A DNA stretch of 64,000 nucleotides from assembly GCF_018977255.1 (NCBI RefSeq), contig NW_024704742.1, positions 48,300,001-48,364,000 of the forward strand, read 5' to 3'. The translations under genes were made by a program, and so were the position numbers. Every line of letters begins with the position of its first letter. The stretch's first letter is position 1. The notes below the pieces were generated by a model. That model did not search any database, was not told the origin of the DNA, and worked only from the letters and a program-made list of their open reading frames with translations. This document shows, piece by piece, positions 61,389 to 64,000 of this stretch. This DNA comes from Callorhinchus milii. Lineage: Eukaryota.

Positions 61389-64000
61389 GTAACTGGGTCT
61401 GATCCTTATACATTAACTTGAATCCGTGCTTAAGGCTAATTTAAAAGCAGTAAAATATAAAATGCTGATTTAAAAAGTGTGGATTCCAAGGTTTAGAATT
61501 CACTCTGTAAACTAACAGCAAACTGTGACCAAGTCGTTGATCTGATCTATTTATGTTTTATGCAGTTATCATTTTTATTAAAAAATAACTTTGGAATTTT
61601 GCATGTACATTAACACTTGCTTTAAGTTACTCCTCAAATTGCACCACACGTTTACTATCACATAAGTAATGTACAGCACAGAAAGCAATGCTTTAATCAT
61701 GGCCCTGAATATCTTTACCGCTCTTGTCATGGTCAGCAATTGTAAATTTGAGGGTCAATGAGAAATTACTGGATATAATTCACATTCAGTATTATGTATA
61801 GCAGTTTTGATGATGCACAGTTATCAATGCAAATCCCATTAATCACTGACATGGCCAAACGTGTTATGTATTACGCTGAACAAAATTTTTACTCATACAT
61901 TGCTGTAAGGGCCAGCCAGAGGTCACAGTGTTTAAAGATACTGTTGTCAGATTTTCTTTATCATACTAGAAGAAGGGGAGACAGCAAGTGCTGTACATCA
62001 TTCATACCAGCTGTTCATTTTTAATTTAGCCACAGAGTTTATAATGGGAAAGTATTCCCAGTTGCAAAACCGATTCCCCTCCTTCGTTGGCTGTGTATTT
62101 CAATTTCAAAAGATGGAAGGATAACAGCCTTGTCTAAGAGTTGTGCATGTAAAGCTGTCAAGCCAATGAGAAGCTATATATTGAAGATAAAAAGCAGGAA
62201 AGGAACTTTGTGCCTGATCAGCAGTTTCTTTGGAAATAATCAAAGAAATTTTAAAAGAATTATAATCCTTCCATTATTCTGTGGCAAAAGGTCTCTTGTG
62301 TGCTCTCACAGAGACAGACAAGGTGGGAAAGTGAGACAGACAGTAACACAGATAAGAAATTATGAGGGGGAAAGAAGGAATAATAGTATATGATATGAAA
62401 ATTACCACAAGGACAGAAAATGTGATCATTTGTGTCCTTAAAAACTCTTCCTCTGCAATGAAGTATAGAATGGAACATCCCCTCACCGGCTTCTGAAGAA
62501 TGTTTCCCCCTTGCGAAGGTTGGGAAAATCTTTCCTTGGGGCAAGAAAACATGGATTCTGCACTTCTTCACCAGATTGTGGCTAAGAATAATTTGAAAGT
62601 AAAAAATTGTAGTTAAAAATCCATTGTTTTAAGGTGCATGCCCCAGCCTCCACTACCATTCTTTGATGGAACCATTTCAAAACATTCACATATGTATGGA
62701 ATATCATTTGACACAAGTGCTCTTTGGAAGACGAGAGACAGCATAAAAGCATCAGAGACACAGTCCATTTTCACGATTCATTGATGCCACATTTCGAGTC
62801 TCCAGAACCATAAGGCAAAGGAACCTTCCAAGCAGTGCTAAATTTATGCTGATAAGTAATTCTCTGAGGGATTTGACTTCTTGTACGTGGTGTAGGAGGT
62901 GAAGGCAGCACCACTCTTTACTTCCCACTCTGTCACTTTCATGGTGATAACTAGTTTGATAATAGTTCCTTGTGTCCTGAATAAAGTATTTATGGTATGG
63001 TTTTATGTGTTATTTGTACATCAAATGGCATAACAGGGGAATGAAACCAGACAGCTTAACAAAGACAGCTATGTCGTAAAATTGATCCGGATTTGTGCAT
63101 GCTCCAACACCCATAGTTTATTTCAGGACAAGTAATCCTGAGTTTAAATTGTGTATTCAGAGACCTATGATTGCTGGTACTGTGGATTCACTCCATTCAC
63201 TTCGTGCACACAGTTGTTTTCAAATTGAGAGTACGTTGATATTCTGACCATAGATATCTCTCCTGATATGAAAACTCAGAAATCTCAGTCAGATAGATAG
63301 AACAATGCAAAGGTGGCAGAAGGCACAGCTTATCTGTGTGCTCTGGGATACTATCCTACCAGCGGGGCACTATATAAATGCAAGTTGCTGTTGTTGTTGT
63401 TATCTTTGCTACCTTTGGCGCTGCTGCTTCCAGAGGTGGAAGGAAACCCACCCACCTACATGTGAGGCAATCAGTACCCCTGAATCATATCTTTTTTTGA
63501 GCCAAGCTAATCCTATTTTCCTACTCACTGCCATATTTTAAATATACCTCCGCTGCAAGAATCTATCTAATTCCCTTGTATAGTTGACTCAATTTGGCTG
63601 GTTATGTCTGCCCTGGGGCTAACTCCCCTGTGCCCAAACTAGAACTATATGTCTAATCCAAGTGCATATAACATTGGCTACTATGATATGGTTCCTGTTA
63701 CCGCTTATGCTCTCTTATCCTTTGATGAGCTGGAGCACAGTTCCACTATTATATTATTGGACTGGTTTTGTTCAGCAAACCTGGTCCACACAGTTCATTT
63801 CATACTGAAACCAATTCTGCTGAGGATTTAGAAGAATTTATCATTATCACATTAAACTGTTTCAAAATGTTTTAATTTAACCATTCTTCATTGCAGTTAC
63901 TGACCCAAAAAAGGAAACCTGGACTATGATTTCTGATAGGTGACTTGAGGCCAGATATGAGAGTGCTACCAAATGAGCCAGCTGACTTTAGGGCAATTTC

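Noticed and set aside
1..64000. CRISPR array, operon or other prokaryotic system
   Set aside because: No regularly spaced repeats or gene-dense coding; the recurring motifs are dispersed retroposon tails in vertebrate DNA.

Overview
Vertebrate, repeat-rich non-coding DNA. The repeat content (L2 LINEs with (TTG)n tails, CR1 LINEs, tRNA-headed Deu-domain SINEs) points to a cartilaginous fish, probably a holocephalan; this is inference. No recognisable host gene, rRNA, true tRNA gene or CRISPR array is present, and most of the longer ORFs in the track are L2/CR1/SINE artefacts. A large share of the window is 5'-truncated L2 and CR1 copies, two age classes of SINE and several MITE-like foldback elements, often nested. 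The non-repeat signals are: (1) a repeat-free block at 1-1.7 kb with a strong minus-strand excess of 5' splice-site (U1) motifs just downstream of a consensus donor; (2) several short ATG-to-donor candidate first exons on the minus strand; (3) a near-perfect 27-bp hairpin at 12.9 kb and a SINE-derived hairpin at 34.9 kb; (4) CRE/AP-1 and PU.1-IRF motif clusters; (5) scattered exon-like blocks on both strands. All exon calls are low confidence, and repeat boundaries are approximate.
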